A DNA stretch of 32,000 nucleotides. Source: an uncultured Nitrososphaerota archaeon. GTDB lineage: Archaea; Korarchaeota; Korarchaeia; Korarchaeales; Korarchaeaceae. Both the position numbers and the translations under genes were made by a program. The notes under the pieces were generated by a model, which worked only from the letters and a program-made list of their open reading frames with translations, did no database searches and was not told the DNA's origin. How positions within the stretch are numbered: position 1 is the first letter of the stretch; the number at the start of each line of letters is the position of its first letter. Positions 8,266 to 17,770 of the stretch are shown in pieces. The stretch spans positions 15,359-47,358 of the forward strand of contig CAYZRF010000015.1 in assembly GCA_964480775.1 (NCBI GenBank). The letters are read 5' to 3'.

Positions 8266-9537
8266 ATGAAAAGGGTGAATTTGGATACGAGAGAGGAGAT
8301 ATTGCAGAAGGAGAATGCCGCTAAGAAACAAGCAAAAGAACTTCTTAAGAAGTATCCTCTCTGCGAATTCTGTCTTGGAAGTCTATTGGCTACACTTTCA
8401 GATAGCGCTCCATGGAAATTAGGTAGGAGGATGTTAGAACTTTTATCGAAAGAAGGTGGGGCAGCTGGTAGAAATGCGATTGAAGGATTGGGTGGAAAGT
8501 GTTGGGTGTGTAGGGGGCTTGTACCCTCAGTTCTTCCACAATTGATAAATAAAGCGCTTTTTTCCCTATCAAAAATTGAGTTTAATTCGTTTAAATCGGG
8601 AACTAAACTTCCTGCAGACGTAGTAGAGAGAGAAGATGAATTAAGAGCAATATATGGTATGTGGACTGCTGAAAGCCTGAAAGTTGTGATAAACAAGTAT
8701 GTTGATGAAAGAATTGCGGCAATGACTGGATTTGAGGTTAAATCAGAGAAGCCAGATGTGTTAATTAGCCTTAACTTTGTTCTTAAGGAGGTTAAGGTAA
8801 TTCCTTCTTCAGTTTATGTCTTCGGGCGCTATAGAAAGTTGAAAAGAGGCCTATATCAAACTAGGTGGGTTCCAGGAACAGAAGGAACTATTGAGTCCTA
8901 CATTGGAGAGATAATGATGGCTGCTTTTGAAGCTGAGGACTATAGGCTTCATGCTGCTGGAAGGGAGGATTTCGATGTGAGGATGTTAGGTAACGGAAGG
9001 CCTTTTGTGATGGAGCTAATAAAGCCGAGAAAAAGAACGATAGACCTCAAAGAGCTAGAGAATGAAATTAACAGTAAATTACGTGGGATTGTGGAAGTAT
9101 CTGACCTTAAGATAGCCAGCAAGAACACAGTAATTCTGATAAAGGAATCCTCAAGCCTAATGAGGAAAGTATATCTTGCAAAGGTCTCTGTGGAAGGAAA
9201 AATCTCTCCTGAAATCCTCAAAAAGCTTGAAAAGGAACTTTCTAACAGATTAATCAGGCAAAAAACTCCAACGAGGGTGCTTCATCGCAGGGCAGATCTT
9301 CTCAGAGAAAAGATGGTATACAAGGTGTCTACAAGACCTCTTTCAGAGAATTCCTTCGAAATGACGATAGAATGTGATGGTGGGCTTTATATAAAAGAAC
9401 TGATCAATGGTGATGGGGGTAGAACCAAGCCTAGCGTCTCTGAGATTTTGGGAGAAAAAGCTTTTTGTAGCGAACTTGATGTTATCGACATAATTGTCCC
9501 CGATGAGTTGATGAAAGAGGTAGAGGTGCATGGGTAG
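8266..9537 (+). CDS. pus10: tRNA pseudouridine 54/55 synthase Pus10
   Basis: 423 aa. N-terminal zinc-binding cysteines (CEFCLG...CWVCRG), a THUMP-like middle region and the catalytic block GREDFDVRMLGNGRPFVMEL, typical of Pus10. Confidence 0.85.
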   Translation: MKRVNLDTREEILQKENAAKKQAKELLKKYPLCEFCLGSLLATLSDSAPWKLGRRMLELLSKEGGAAGRNAIEGLGGKCWVCRGLVPSVLPQLINKALFSLSKIEFNSFKSGTKLPADVVEREDELRAIYGMWTAESLKVVINKYVDERIAAMTGFEVKSEKPDVLISLNFVLKEVKVIPSSVYVFGRYRKLKRGLYQTRWVPGTEGTIESYIGEIMMAAFEAEDYRLHAAGREDFDVRMLGNGRPFVMELIKPRKRTIDLKELENEINSKLRGIVEVSDLKIASKNTVILIKESSSLMRKVYLAKVSVEGKISPEILKKLEKELSNRLIRQKTPTRVLHRRADLLREKMVYKVSTRPLSENSFEMTIECDGGLYIKELINGDGGRTKPSVSEILGEKAFCSELDVIDIIVPDELMKEVEVHG

Positions 9538-9835
9538 GAGATCAGCAGGTTTTTTGCATAAGTCAAGGAAGTTCCTCAGAAAGAAGCCAAGAGAGAGGGG
9601 AATGCCTCCTCCTTCTAAATTTCTTATGGAGTATAAAGTAGGACAGAAAGTTGTCATAGACGTTTTCCCCTACTTCAAGGAAGGAGGATTTCCTCATAGA
9701 AGGTATCAGGGTAAGGTAGGAGTAGTTGCAGGAAAGAGGGGTCACTGCTATTTGGTAGACGTAAAAGTAGGCAAAAAAGTCAAGCACCTGATCGTGTCAC
9801 CGATCCACCTTAAGCCTCATCAGGAGCAGAGGTGA
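9530..9835 (+). CDS. rpl21e: 50S ribosomal protein L21e (eL21)
   Basis: RKKPRERGMPPPSKFLMEYKVGQKVVIDV...HRRYQGKVGVV...VKVGKKVKHLIV matches the L21e pattern. It overlaps the pus10 stop by 8 nt. Confidence 0.9.
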   Translation: MGRRSAGFLHKSRKFLRKKPRERGMPPPSKFLMEYKVGQKVVIDVFPYFKEGGFPHRRYQGKVGVVAGKRGHCYLVDVKVGKKVKHLIVSPIHLKPHQEQR

Positions 9836-9841
9836 AAATAT

Positions 9842-10204
9842 TTGTCATTGGAAAAAGCTCCTCCAGAGAAAAGGCCGTTGACCTTAGCTGAGGTTAGGGC
9901 GTTTATCCATGAGAGGTGGGCTAAAGATCAATCCATGCTTGCAAGGGATCAGAAGAGATTATTTGAATATCTTTCAAAGTTTGTTAAGGTAAAGGATGCT
10001 GATTCATGCCGCAAAGCTGTTGAACAGCTAAAAGAGGAGATTGGACTCAGCGAAGAGGATGCTGTGATGATAGTTAACATCATGCCAAGGAGCAAGGATG
10101 AGCTAAGACCCATGCTATTCAGATCTTATCCACTACTCGATGCAAAATCCTACGATAGGATACTGGAGATCCTTAAATCCCTAGAAAAGGGGGAGGAAAA
10201 GTAG
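9842..10204 (+). CDS. rpoF: RNA polymerase subunit F (Rpo4)
   Basis: 120 aa. LFEYLSKF...LKEEIGLSEEDAVMIVNIMPRSKDEL matches the Rpo4/RPB4 HRDC-like pattern. It sits in the conserved archaeal L21e-RpoF-DUF655 neighbourhood. TTG start. Confidence 0.75.
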   Translation: MSLEKAPPEKRPLTLAEVRAFIHERWAKDQSMLARDQKRLFEYLSKFVKVKDADSCRKAVEQLKEEIGLSEEDAVMIVNIMPRSKDELRPMLFRSYPLLDAKSYDRILEILKSLEKGEEK

Positions 10205-10207
10205 GCA

Positions 10208-10783
10208 ATGTGGAGATATGATCCTAGAAGGCAGAGCATGCCTCACGATAGCTGGGCTTACGTGTTAGCTATATATGGGCATCCACTTAGTGCCCAAGTA
10301 ATAGGGGACAAGTATTTTTCCCTAATGGAATTTCTAGCAAGACCTGAAAGTGGAATAGAAGAGAGTATGAAGGTTTTTGTCGGAAAGGGCCCTAGAGAGC
10401 ATGTTAGCAGGTTTATCCGGTACTTAGATTATGAAGAACTAATACCACCTGCTAAGTCCAACCTACCCATGCTTGTAAGTAAGGTAGTTACCGAGAGAGA
10501 AAGTTTTTTCGTTTCTTTTTTTAATGAAAGCGTTCCGATCACTCCGAGATTACATCAGCTTGAGCTTTTGCCTGGAGTAGGCAAGAAAACCTTAATTAAG
10601 ATATTGGAGGAAAGAGAAAGACTTCCATTCGTTTCTTTTGCAGATATAGAGGAAAGAGTTGGTCTTAAAGATCCTGTTGGTGCGATAGTCGAGAGAGTAA
10701 TGATGGAGATAAGAGGAGAGGACAGATACAATATCTTTGTGGCAACAAAAGCAATGTTTGAGAGGAAATACTCGATCATTTAG
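10208..10783 (+). CDS. DUF655 family protein (OB plus helix-hairpin-helix, predicted nucleic-acid binding)
   Basis: The HhH motif LELLPGVGKKTLIKILEERE and the position downstream of L21e-RpoF match the conserved archaeal DUF655 gene. Confidence 0.7.
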   Translation: MWRYDPRRQSMPHDSWAYVLAIYGHPLSAQVIGDKYFSLMEFLARPESGIEESMKVFVGKGPREHVSRFIRYLDYEELIPPAKSNLPMLVSKVVTERESFFVSFFNESVPITPRLHQLELLPGVGKKTLIKILEERERLPFVSFADIEERVGLKDPVGAIVERVMMEIRGEDRYNIFVATKAMFERKYSII

Positions 10784-11543
10784 CTATTATTTCAGTCCCA
10801 GCCAACCCGTTTATTGCCTTTAAAAGGTCTCCTTTTTTCCTATAGCCAGAAATTCTAACTTTTTTACCTTTTTCTGCTAAAATCAATGCTTTCCTAATTT
10901 TTTCTTTTATCCCCCCTGTTACATCTGTTGTTAGATTAAGAATTCCGCTTAACCGGCTTAGATCTTCTCTATAAAGCTTAGGGATGGGTTTTTCTCTCTT
11001 ATCAAGCACGCCAGGAACATCTATCAGAAACAAAATTTCATCAACGACATTTGAGAGTAGAAGGGGTATATCGTCGGCAGATATTATTGTTACACCTTTC
11101 TCTTCGTCAAAAACGACATCTCCCATCAGTAAGGGAGTAATTTTATTCCTTAAAGCTAGTTTAATTGGTGAGATGCAGAATTCCCAGCCCTTTAAAGACT
11201 TGTAAAGCAGAGAAGAGGGATGAAATACTATAACGGGTAATTCTATTTCAAGGAATTCCTTCAAAAAGATCTGTGATAGCTTAGTGAGCCAAAATCTTGT
11301 TTTTGTCACTCCTATCCTATCTTCAGGGTTCAATCCTCTATCTAAACCGTGTTTAGCAGCAAAAGGATGCGCATAAGAACCCCCTCCATGGGCAAGAATT
11401 AGACTTATCCCAGAGTTAACTACCTCCTTAACTTCCCTGCAGAAACTCTTTATCCTCTCCATTCTAGGTTTAGGCTGACCTGAACCTTTTTCGGTAATTG
11501 TTGAGCCACCTATCTTTATGTAAATTGTTTTTTGAGATGTCAT
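10776..11543 (-). CDS. Isopentenyl phosphate kinase (amino-acid-kinase fold)
   Basis: IYIKIGGSTITEK...LILAHGGGSYAHPFAAKHGL plus the C-terminal TDVTGG motif are typical of archaeal IPK. A FomA-like kinase is the alternative. Confidence 0.72.
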   Translation of the reverse strand: MTSQKTIYIKIGGSTITEKGSGQPKPRMERIKSFCREVKEVVNSGISLILAHGGGSYAHPFAAKHGLDRGLNPEDRIGVTKTRFWLTKLSQIFLKEFLEIELPVIVFHPSSLLYKSLKGWEFCISPIKLALRNKITPLLMGDVVFDEEKGVTIISADDIPLLLSNVVDEILFLIDVPGVLDKREKPIPKLYREDLSRLSGILNLTTDVTGGIKEKIRKALILAEKGKKVRISGYRKKGDLLKAINGLAGTEIIAK

Positions 11544-11612
11544 TGTTGACTGAGAGATGTATCAGATAGTTCGCTCATAAAGATTAATTCTCTCAACAAT
11601 TTCGAAATTGTG

Positions 11613-13187
11613 ATGTCAACATACGTAGTAGATGAATACATATTGACCAGTGGGGGCTTAACTGATGAAAGCTCCCTTAAAAAGCTAAGAGGCTCTACTA
11701 TCCTCATTCCGGAAGGGATCGTTAAGCACATGGAAATAAGAGCAAATAAAGGAGATAGGAGGGCGCTTGAAGCCCTTTATCACGTTCTTAAGTTGCGAGA
11801 GATGGCTCCTAAATTAAAAATAGAGGTTAGGATCGCTAAACATTCAGAAAGGGGCTCTAAAGCACTTGAAGAAATAGCGAAAAAACATGATGCTAAGGTC
11901 CTCACTAGCAACTCCATAAGGTGGCTTGCCTTCAGGGCAAAAGGAATTCCAGCCTCATACCTTGGCACTGGAGATTGGCGCCCAGTCATCGAGGAGTTCT
12001 TCCAGAAGGACGTAATGAGCGTACATCTGAAGGAAGGAGTACCCCCCATGGCTAAGAGAGGGCGTCCAGGACACTTCAAACTCGTCAAGCTAAGGGAGGA
12101 GCCTATGAAGAAAGAAGAGATGATGAAGCTTGCTTATGCTCTTATAGAGGGCGCAAGGTCAGATCCAGAGGTTTTCATAGAGATCCAAAGGAGAGACGCG
12201 TATGTCATTCAGCTAAGGGAATACAGGATTCTCATAGCTCTTCCGCCGTTTTCTGATGGCGTTGAGATAACAGCGGTAAGGCCCATCGTAAAAGTTACCC
12301 TGGACGATTATGAGCTAAGTAACAAGCTGAAGAAAAGGTTGAGGGAAAGAGCGGAGGGAATTATAATAGGTGGCCCTCCAGGAGCAGGAAAAACTACGTT
12401 TACAAGCGCTTTGGCCGAATTCTACAAGGATCTGGGAAAGATCGTTAAGAGCTTGGAGTCGCCAAGGGATCTGCAGGTAGGCGATGAAATCACGCAATAC
12501 ACAAAGCTAAACGGGAGTTTTGTGAATACTGCCGATCTACTACTTCTTGTAAGGCCAGACTACGTGTGTTTTGATGAGATGAGGAAGGACGATGATTTCA
12601 ACATATACACAGATATGCGTTTGGCTGGCATAGGCATGGTTGGCGTGATACATTGTGGCTCACCGATCGAGGCAATTGAGCGTTTTATAGGCAGGGTCGA
12701 CTTGGGAATGCTCCCGCATGTGATAGATACTGTGATATTCATAGAGGAGGGGAGAATAAAGAAGGTCTACAGCTTAGGTATTACAGTAAAAGTTCCTCAC
12801 GGGATGAGAGAGGAAGGTCTCGCGAGACCTGTTATTTTGGTTAGAGATTTCGAGAGCGGCCAAGCCGAATATGAGATATACTCCTTTGCGGAGCAGGTTG
12901 TGATAATGCCACTTAGGAGGAGAAGGCCTCCATCCATTGAGATTAGGGAGCCTCCAACAGGCAAGGAGATATATGATTTTGCCGTTAGAGAAGGAAAGAA
13001 ATCGATTATATTAGAGTTTGGAGAATTGGGTGCAAACAGAAGTGTGTCCTTGTACGATGCCGATAGGGAAATCACTACAGTGAAGTTAGGTCCTATGGGG
13101 AGGGCTGCTGTAGGGAAGAGAAGAAAAGTTGGGAGGCAAATATTAAAGGCATGGAGGGCCGGGACTCTCAGAGCCTTCTTCTTATAG
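11613..13187 (+). CDS. PIN-domain / PilT-like ATPase (archaeal COG1855-type)
   Basis: About 524 aa with an N-terminal PIN-like region, Walker A GGPPGAGKTTF and Walker B-like YVCFDEMR. This architecture is conserved across archaea. Confidence 0.72.
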   Translation: MSTYVVDEYILTSGGLTDESSLKKLRGSTILIPEGIVKHMEIRANKGDRRALEALYHVLKLREMAPKLKIEVRIAKHSERGSKALEEIAKKHDAKVLTSNSIRWLAFRAKGIPASYLGTGDWRPVIEEFFQKDVMSVHLKEGVPPMAKRGRPGHFKLVKLREEPMKKEEMMKLAYALIEGARSDPEVFIEIQRRDAYVIQLREYRILIALPPFSDGVEITAVRPIVKVTLDDYELSNKLKKRLRERAEGIIIGGPPGAGKTTFTSALAEFYKDLGKIVKSLESPRDLQVGDEITQYTKLNGSFVNTADLLLLVRPDYVCFDEMRKDDDFNIYTDMRLAGIGMVGVIHCGSPIEAIERFIGRVDLGMLPHVIDTVIFIEEGRIKKVYSLGITVKVPHGMREEGLARPVILVRDFESGQAEYEIYSFAEQVVIMPLRRRRPPSIEIREPPTGKEIYDFAVREGKKSIILEFGELGANRSVSLYDADREITTVKLGPMGRAAVGKRRKVGRQILKAWRAGTLRAFFL

Positions 13188-13751
13188 TGTTTCCTCTGCA
13201 GATGAAATCTCCCTGATGCGCTCCTCTATTCCAATTGATTTGAGGAATTCGAAGACAGCAGGTGGAACGAGAGACTCCCAAGAGTTGTTCCCCTCTAAAA
13301 TCAGTTTTCTAATGTTGGTGGCGGAGTACTTTTTCCTCTCATGGAAGGGGATGGGAAGCACCTTAACTCCCACCTTGGTAAGGTCTTTGATAGTCTCTGG
13401 ATCGTTTGAATAGGCGACATCTATCCTTGGTACCCTGTCCAATACGATCAATCCCCAGTCTTCCTCTGGACTTTCCGTATCTGGAATGTTCCCCAAGAAG
13501 ACCTTTCTTAAAGGAATTCCCTCCTGTCTAAGGGCTCTAACTATCATTTCATATCTTTCATCCACAGAAAGGGGATTTCTAAGTGTGTTAGAGAATTGAG
13601 CACTGCCTATTGCAATTACTATCTCCTCTGCTTGTTCCAATATGTACTTCACGGCATGTAAATGGCCGTAGTGGAATGGTTGGAATCTTCCGACGTATAG
13701 GCCCCTCTTGTACAATTTTTCCACCCTTTTTCTCACAAGCCTGACTTTCAA
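13182..13751 (-). CDS. nadM: Nicotinamide-nucleotide adenylyltransferase (archaeal NMNAT)
   Basis: GLYVGRFQPFHYGHLHAVKYIL...IAIGSAQ...NPLSVDERYEMI carries the (H/T)xGH nucleotidyltransferase signature. Length of 189 aa fits. Confidence 0.9.
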   Translation of the reverse strand: MKVRLVRKRVEKLYKRGLYVGRFQPFHYGHLHAVKYILEQAEEIVIAIGSAQFSNTLRNPLSVDERYEMIVRALRQEGIPLRKVFLGNIPDTESPEEDWGLIVLDRVPRIDVAYSNDPETIKDLTKVGVKVLPIPFHERKKYSATNIRKLILEGNNSWESLVPPAVFEFLKSIGIEERIREISSAEETL

Positions 13752-13785
13752 GGATCAGGATAAAATCTTAACTCATCTTAATTTA

Positions 13786-14610
13786 ATGGGAATCTCGATG
13801 AGGGTAGGATATGTCCAGACATCTCCTGTTTTAGGAGATGTGACAAGAAATGTTGATTCTGCTCTAGCATTAGCCTCAGGTGAGGAAGCGGACTTGTTGG
13901 TCTTTCCAGAACTCTTCAATACTGGATATCTCTTTCTTAACAAGAAGGATCTATCGAAGGTTGCAGAACCAATTCCAGGCGGGCCTACTACAAAGAAGTT
14001 GATGAAATTTGCTGCAGAGCACTCCGTCTCAGTCATTGCGGGTATTGCTGAGAAGGAAGGCTCGAAATTCTACAATTCTGCTGTGGTCATAAACTCTGAT
14101 GGGGATTATTTAGGAACTTACAGGAAGTTACATCTGTTTTCGACCGAAAAGCTGGTATTTGAACCTGGAAACCTCGGCCTCCAGGTCTTTGACCTTGGAA
14201 AGATAAGGGTTGGAGTGATGATCTGCTTTGACTGGATTTTTCCAGAGGCAGCGAGGGTGCTTTCGCTTAAAGGAGCCCATCTGATAGCTCATTCAGCTAA
14301 TTTGGTGTTACCTTATGCGCAAACAGCCATGTTGGCAAGATCCATAGAAAACAGAGTATTTACCATAACCGCCAACAGAATTGGATCTGAAGAAAGGAAT
14401 GGCGTGAGGTTACGCTTCACAGGGATGAGTCAGATAACGTCTCCAAGGATGAAAGTTCTGAAAAGAGCTACTGAAGACTCCGTAGAAGTAGGTGTGATCG
14501 ATATTAATCCAAAGGAGGCGGAAAATAAGAACATCACAGAACTGAACAACTTATGGGAGGACAGAAGGCCTGCTGAATATTCCCTTTTAGTTAGAGAAAA
14601 GCTGGGCTAA
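13786..14610 (+). CDS. Carbon-nitrogen hydrolase (nitrilase superfamily)
   Basis: The Glu-Lys-Cys catalytic triad contexts are present: VFPELF, YRKLHLF and GVMICFD. Start trimmed to ATG 13786 (or 13798), because the longer ORF overlaps the divergent nadM start. Confidence 0.85.
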   Translation: MGISMRVGYVQTSPVLGDVTRNVDSALALASGEEADLLVFPELFNTGYLFLNKKDLSKVAEPIPGGPTTKKLMKFAAEHSVSVIAGIAEKEGSKFYNSAVVINSDGDYLGTYRKLHLFSTEKLVFEPGNLGLQVFDLGKIRVGVMICFDWIFPEAARVLSLKGAHLIAHSANLVLPYAQTAMLARSIENRVFTITANRIGSEERNGVRLRFTGMSQITSPRMKVLKRATEDSVEVGVIDINPKEAENKNITELNNLWEDRRPAEYSLLVREKLG

Positions 14611-14611
14611 G

Positions 14612-15379
14612 GTGGATTACATGTCTGATGGCAAGCCTAACAACAGGGAATATCCTGAGTTGCCCATGGTTGGGGTAGGAGGGGTTGTAATAAGAGATGA
14701 CATGATTTTGTTGGCTAAGAGGAGCCATCCTCCGGGCAAGGGCTTATGGTCAATTCCTGGAGGACTTGTTAAACTTGGTGAGACCTTAAGAGAGGCAGTC
14801 AAGAGGGAAGTTAGGGAGGAATGCGGCCTAGAAGTTGAGCCCACTAGCTCGATTAAGGTCTTTGATGTGATTGAAAGGGATATCAATGGAAAGGTTAGGT
14901 TTCACTACGTCATAGTGGATTATCTATGTGAAATCAAGGGAGAAAGCACTATTCTCCCAGGAGACGATGTTGAGGAGGTTAGATGGATTAGCCTCGACGA
15001 AGCCCTTAGTCTTGATCTAACTAAGGGTACCAGAGAGCTAATAACTGGTCTCAAAAAGAGGCTTTTAGTTGTTAGGAACTCCGACGTCGAGAAAGTTCTA
15101 CTTGGTGCTCCAAAAGGACACAAGCACATAAGAGGCTTAATCTTCCTGAAAAACGGTATTATAATAGTTCTACAGCAGGCAACCCTTGAAAACATCGCTC
15201 GTGGCGTGATAAGTTTGATTACGCATCCCTTAAAGAAGGCTTTGTGCCTCAGATGTGTTAGGTTGGAGGATAGAAAGGCAGATTATGCGGAATACCAACT
15301 TATCGAAGAGGATAGAAGAGATGAGGAAGTAATAAACGAGATAACGCTTCATCTCGCTGACGAGCAACCAAACCTATAA
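14612..15379 (+). CDS. Nudix hydrolase with an uncharacterised C-terminal extension of about 110 aa
   Basis: The Nudix box GGLVKLGETLREAVKREVREECGL fits GX5EX7REUXEEXGU. Residues from about 145 to 255 match no family I recognise. Confidence 0.8.
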   Translation: MDYMSDGKPNNREYPELPMVGVGGVVIRDDMILLAKRSHPPGKGLWSIPGGLVKLGETLREAVKREVREECGLEVEPTSSIKVFDVIERDINGKVRFHYVIVDYLCEIKGESTILPGDDVEEVRWISLDEALSLDLTKGTRELITGLKKRLLVVRNSDVEKVLLGAPKGHKHIRGLIFLKNGIIIVLQQATLENIARGVISLITHPLKKALCLRCVRLEDRKADYAEYQLIEEDRRDEEVINEITLHLADEQPNL

Positions 15380-15415
15380 GTGTGGTGCCTCATTAACCAG
15401 TGGGAAGAAATATAG

Positions 15416-17770
15416 ATGGGAGAAGCCAGGGACTCTTACTTGCTCTCTATGCGAGATATTCTCGAAAGGGTGGAAGATGAGAGAATTCTTTCCTTTTTGA
15501 AAGAATTGGGTGAGAGAGGCTCGATTAGCGTCGGGAGTTTTAAGGTTAGAAGGTTGGCAGCAGCCCTATATCATAATGCGGTTCCATCTAAACACGAGGA
15601 GATAAGCCTTCACCCTGATGTAAGAAGGATTCTCAGTGAAAGAGGGTTGCTTCTCCTTTTTACACATCAATCAAGAGCCATAAGGGCGATTAGAGAAGGT
15701 AAGAACGTCATCGTCGCAACGCCTGCGGCTAGCGGGAAGTCCCTAGTCTATTTGATTCCCATCTTCGAGAACTTTTTAGAAAACCCCAGGATGCACGCAC
15801 TCTACCTTGCCCCAACTAAAGCATTGGAAAGAGATCAGCTCCTAAAGATAAGAGATCTTTCCAAGTCAATTGAAGGATTTGGAGTTGCAGCCTACGATGG
15901 AGGGACTCCAACTGAGGAGAGGGTTGAGATCAGGAGGAACCCCCCGACCCTTCTCCTAACGAATCCAGATATGCTGCACTACGGTATCTTGCCCAACCAC
16001 AGGAGATGGAGTTCAGTTTTCTCCAGCCTTAAGTTCATAGTTCTCGATGAGGTTCATGAGTACAGAGGGATATTCGGGGCCCATGTAGCTAACATCCTAA
16101 GGCGGACGAAGCGTCTTGCTGAGATGTATGGGTCAAAACCCATATTCATCGCTGCCTCCGCCACCATTGCTAACCCCAAAGAGCACGTTGAAAGGCTAGT
16201 TGGTGAGAAGTTCGAGGTAATACAGGAGAGCGGCTCTCCTAAAACGGCTAAAATCATTCTTTTTTGGAATCCCGTCCCTGTTTTCGATCCTTACACCGAT
16301 GCTGAGCGTCTTTTCATTGGGGCCATCTCAGCTGGTTTGAAGACAATTGTATTTTGTAAATCAAGAAAGGCAGTTGAGATCATGACCCGGAACGTCAAGA
16401 GACACCTTCTCAGACTTGGTAGGGAGGATCTCCTCGAAAAAATAGCGTCCTATAGGTCTGGTTATCTTCCAAAGGAGAGGAGAAGGATTGAGAGGATGCT
16501 CTTTTCTGGAGAGCTTAGAGGCGTCGTGGCGACAAGCGCGTTGGAGCTTGGAATAGACGTGGGGGAGCTTGATTGCTGTATACTTGTAGGTTATCCTGGC
16601 TCAAGGATTAGCACGTTGCAGAGGGCAGGAAGGGTGGGAAGGAGAGTTGGAAAGGCTGGAATAATCATAATGGTAGCTTTGGAAGACGCCCTTGACCAAT
16701 ATTTTGTGAAAAATCCAGGAGAGCTATTTTCCGGAGAGGTCGAGAAGGCATTTGTAAATCCTGAGAACGAAAGGTTGCTTCCAATGCACGTGCTGTGCGC
16801 ATCCTCTGAACTACCCGTTAGGGAGGAGGATTCCACCTACTTCGGAAACAAGCTTCCTAACATTTTAGAGGGCTTAGAAAGAAAAGGAAAAGTGAAGAGG
16901 ACTGCCTTTGGTTATGTCTCATTGGTGAGCAGACCTCACGCCGAGGTTAGAATAAGGTCGATAGAGGACCCATTCACCTTGGTTAACGTAGATGCTGGCA
17001 AAGAGATAGGCCATGTGGATGGCGCTAGGGTTTTCAGGGAATGCTATCCTGGAGCCATTTACCTACACATGGATAGAGCATATCTTGTTGTAGGCCTAGA
17101 TATCGGTAGCAAAAAGGTTCTTTTGAGGAAAACTTCATTGAGGTACTACACCCAAGAGCTCGTATCCTCTGATGTGAGGATAACAAAGGTGTTGAATGAC
17201 TTTAGCAAAGGAGACATTAGGATAAAGCATGGAGAGGTCAGAGTTACCGAGCGCGTCGTTGGATTTAGAAAGAAGCCGATAAAAGGGGGAGCATCGATGG
17301 AAATCGTGCCTCTCTCCTTACCTCCTTATGAATTCGAATCTGAGGCCATATGGTTTGAGCTTCCGATGGAAATGTTGCGTTACGTAGAGGGTAAGGGTAT
17401 GGACTTCCACGGGGGAATTCATGGGAGTGAACACGCTTTGATAGCTATGGCCCCTTTGTTCACCCTATCTGACAGAGCTGATTTAGGCGGTGTTTCAACT
17501 CCATACCACTCTCAACTTGGTGGTCCAGGCATCTTCATATATGAAGCATATCCAGGAGGCGTAGGTATAGTGGAAAAGCTGTACAACGATGTTTTTTCTT
17601 GGGTGGAGAAGACCTATATCAACATTAAAGAGTGCGCTTGTGAATCGGGATGTCTTAGCTGTGGTCTATTGAGCCCAAAGTGCGGAAATGAGAACCAACC
17701 CCTGGATAAGGGGGCTGCAAAGTCCATATTGCTTTACATCCTAGGAAAAGAGGGTGAGGGATGGAAATAG
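15416..17770 (+). CDS. Superfamily-2 DEAD/DEAH helicase with a C-terminal DUF1998/MZB cysteine-cluster domain (Hrq1/MrfA/YprA-like, COG1205)
   Basis: Motif I ATPAASGKS, motif Ia APTKALERDQ, motif II DEVHEY, motif III SAT, motif VI QRAGRVGRR. The C-terminus has HGSEHALI...CACESGCLSCGLLSPKCGNEN. Confidence 0.85.
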   Translation: MGEARDSYLLSMRDILERVEDERILSFLKELGERGSISVGSFKVRRLAAALYHNAVPSKHEEISLHPDVRRILSERGLLLLFTHQSRAIRAIREGKNVIVATPAASGKSLVYLIPIFENFLENPRMHALYLAPTKALERDQLLKIRDLSKSIEGFGVAAYDGGTPTEERVEIRRNPPTLLLTNPDMLHYGILPNHRRWSSVFSSLKFIVLDEVHEYRGIFGAHVANILRRTKRLAEMYGSKPIFIAASATIANPKEHVERLVGEKFEVIQESGSPKTAKIILFWNPVPVFDPYTDAERLFIGAISAGLKTIVFCKSRKAVEIMTRNVKRHLLRLGREDLLEKIASYRSGYLPKERRRIERMLFSGELRGVVATSALELGIDVGELDCCILVGYPGSRISTLQRAGRVGRRVGKAGIIIMVALEDALDQYFVKNPGELFSGEVEKAFVNPENERLLPMHVLCASSELPVREEDSTYFGNKLPNILEGLERKGKVKRTAFGYVSLVSRPHAEVRIRSIEDPFTLVNVDAGKEIGHVDGARVFRECYPGAIYLHMDRAYLVVGLDIGSKKVLLRKTSLRYYTQELVSSDVRITKVLNDFSKGDIRIKHGEVRVTERVVGFRKKPIKGGASMEIVPLSLPPYEFESEAIWFELPMEMLRYVEGKGMDFHGGIHGSEHALIAMAPLFTLSDRADLGGVSTPYHSQLGGPGIFIYEAYPGGVGIVEKLYNDVFSWVEKTYINIKECACESGCLSCGLLSPKCGNENQPLDKGAAKSILLYILGKEGEGWK

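Noticed and set aside
8256-8696. 146-aa ORF on the minus strand
   Set aside because: It overlaps the 5' third of pus10 in antisense and has no motifs. The plus-strand frame carries the conserved Pus10 zinc-binding cysteines.
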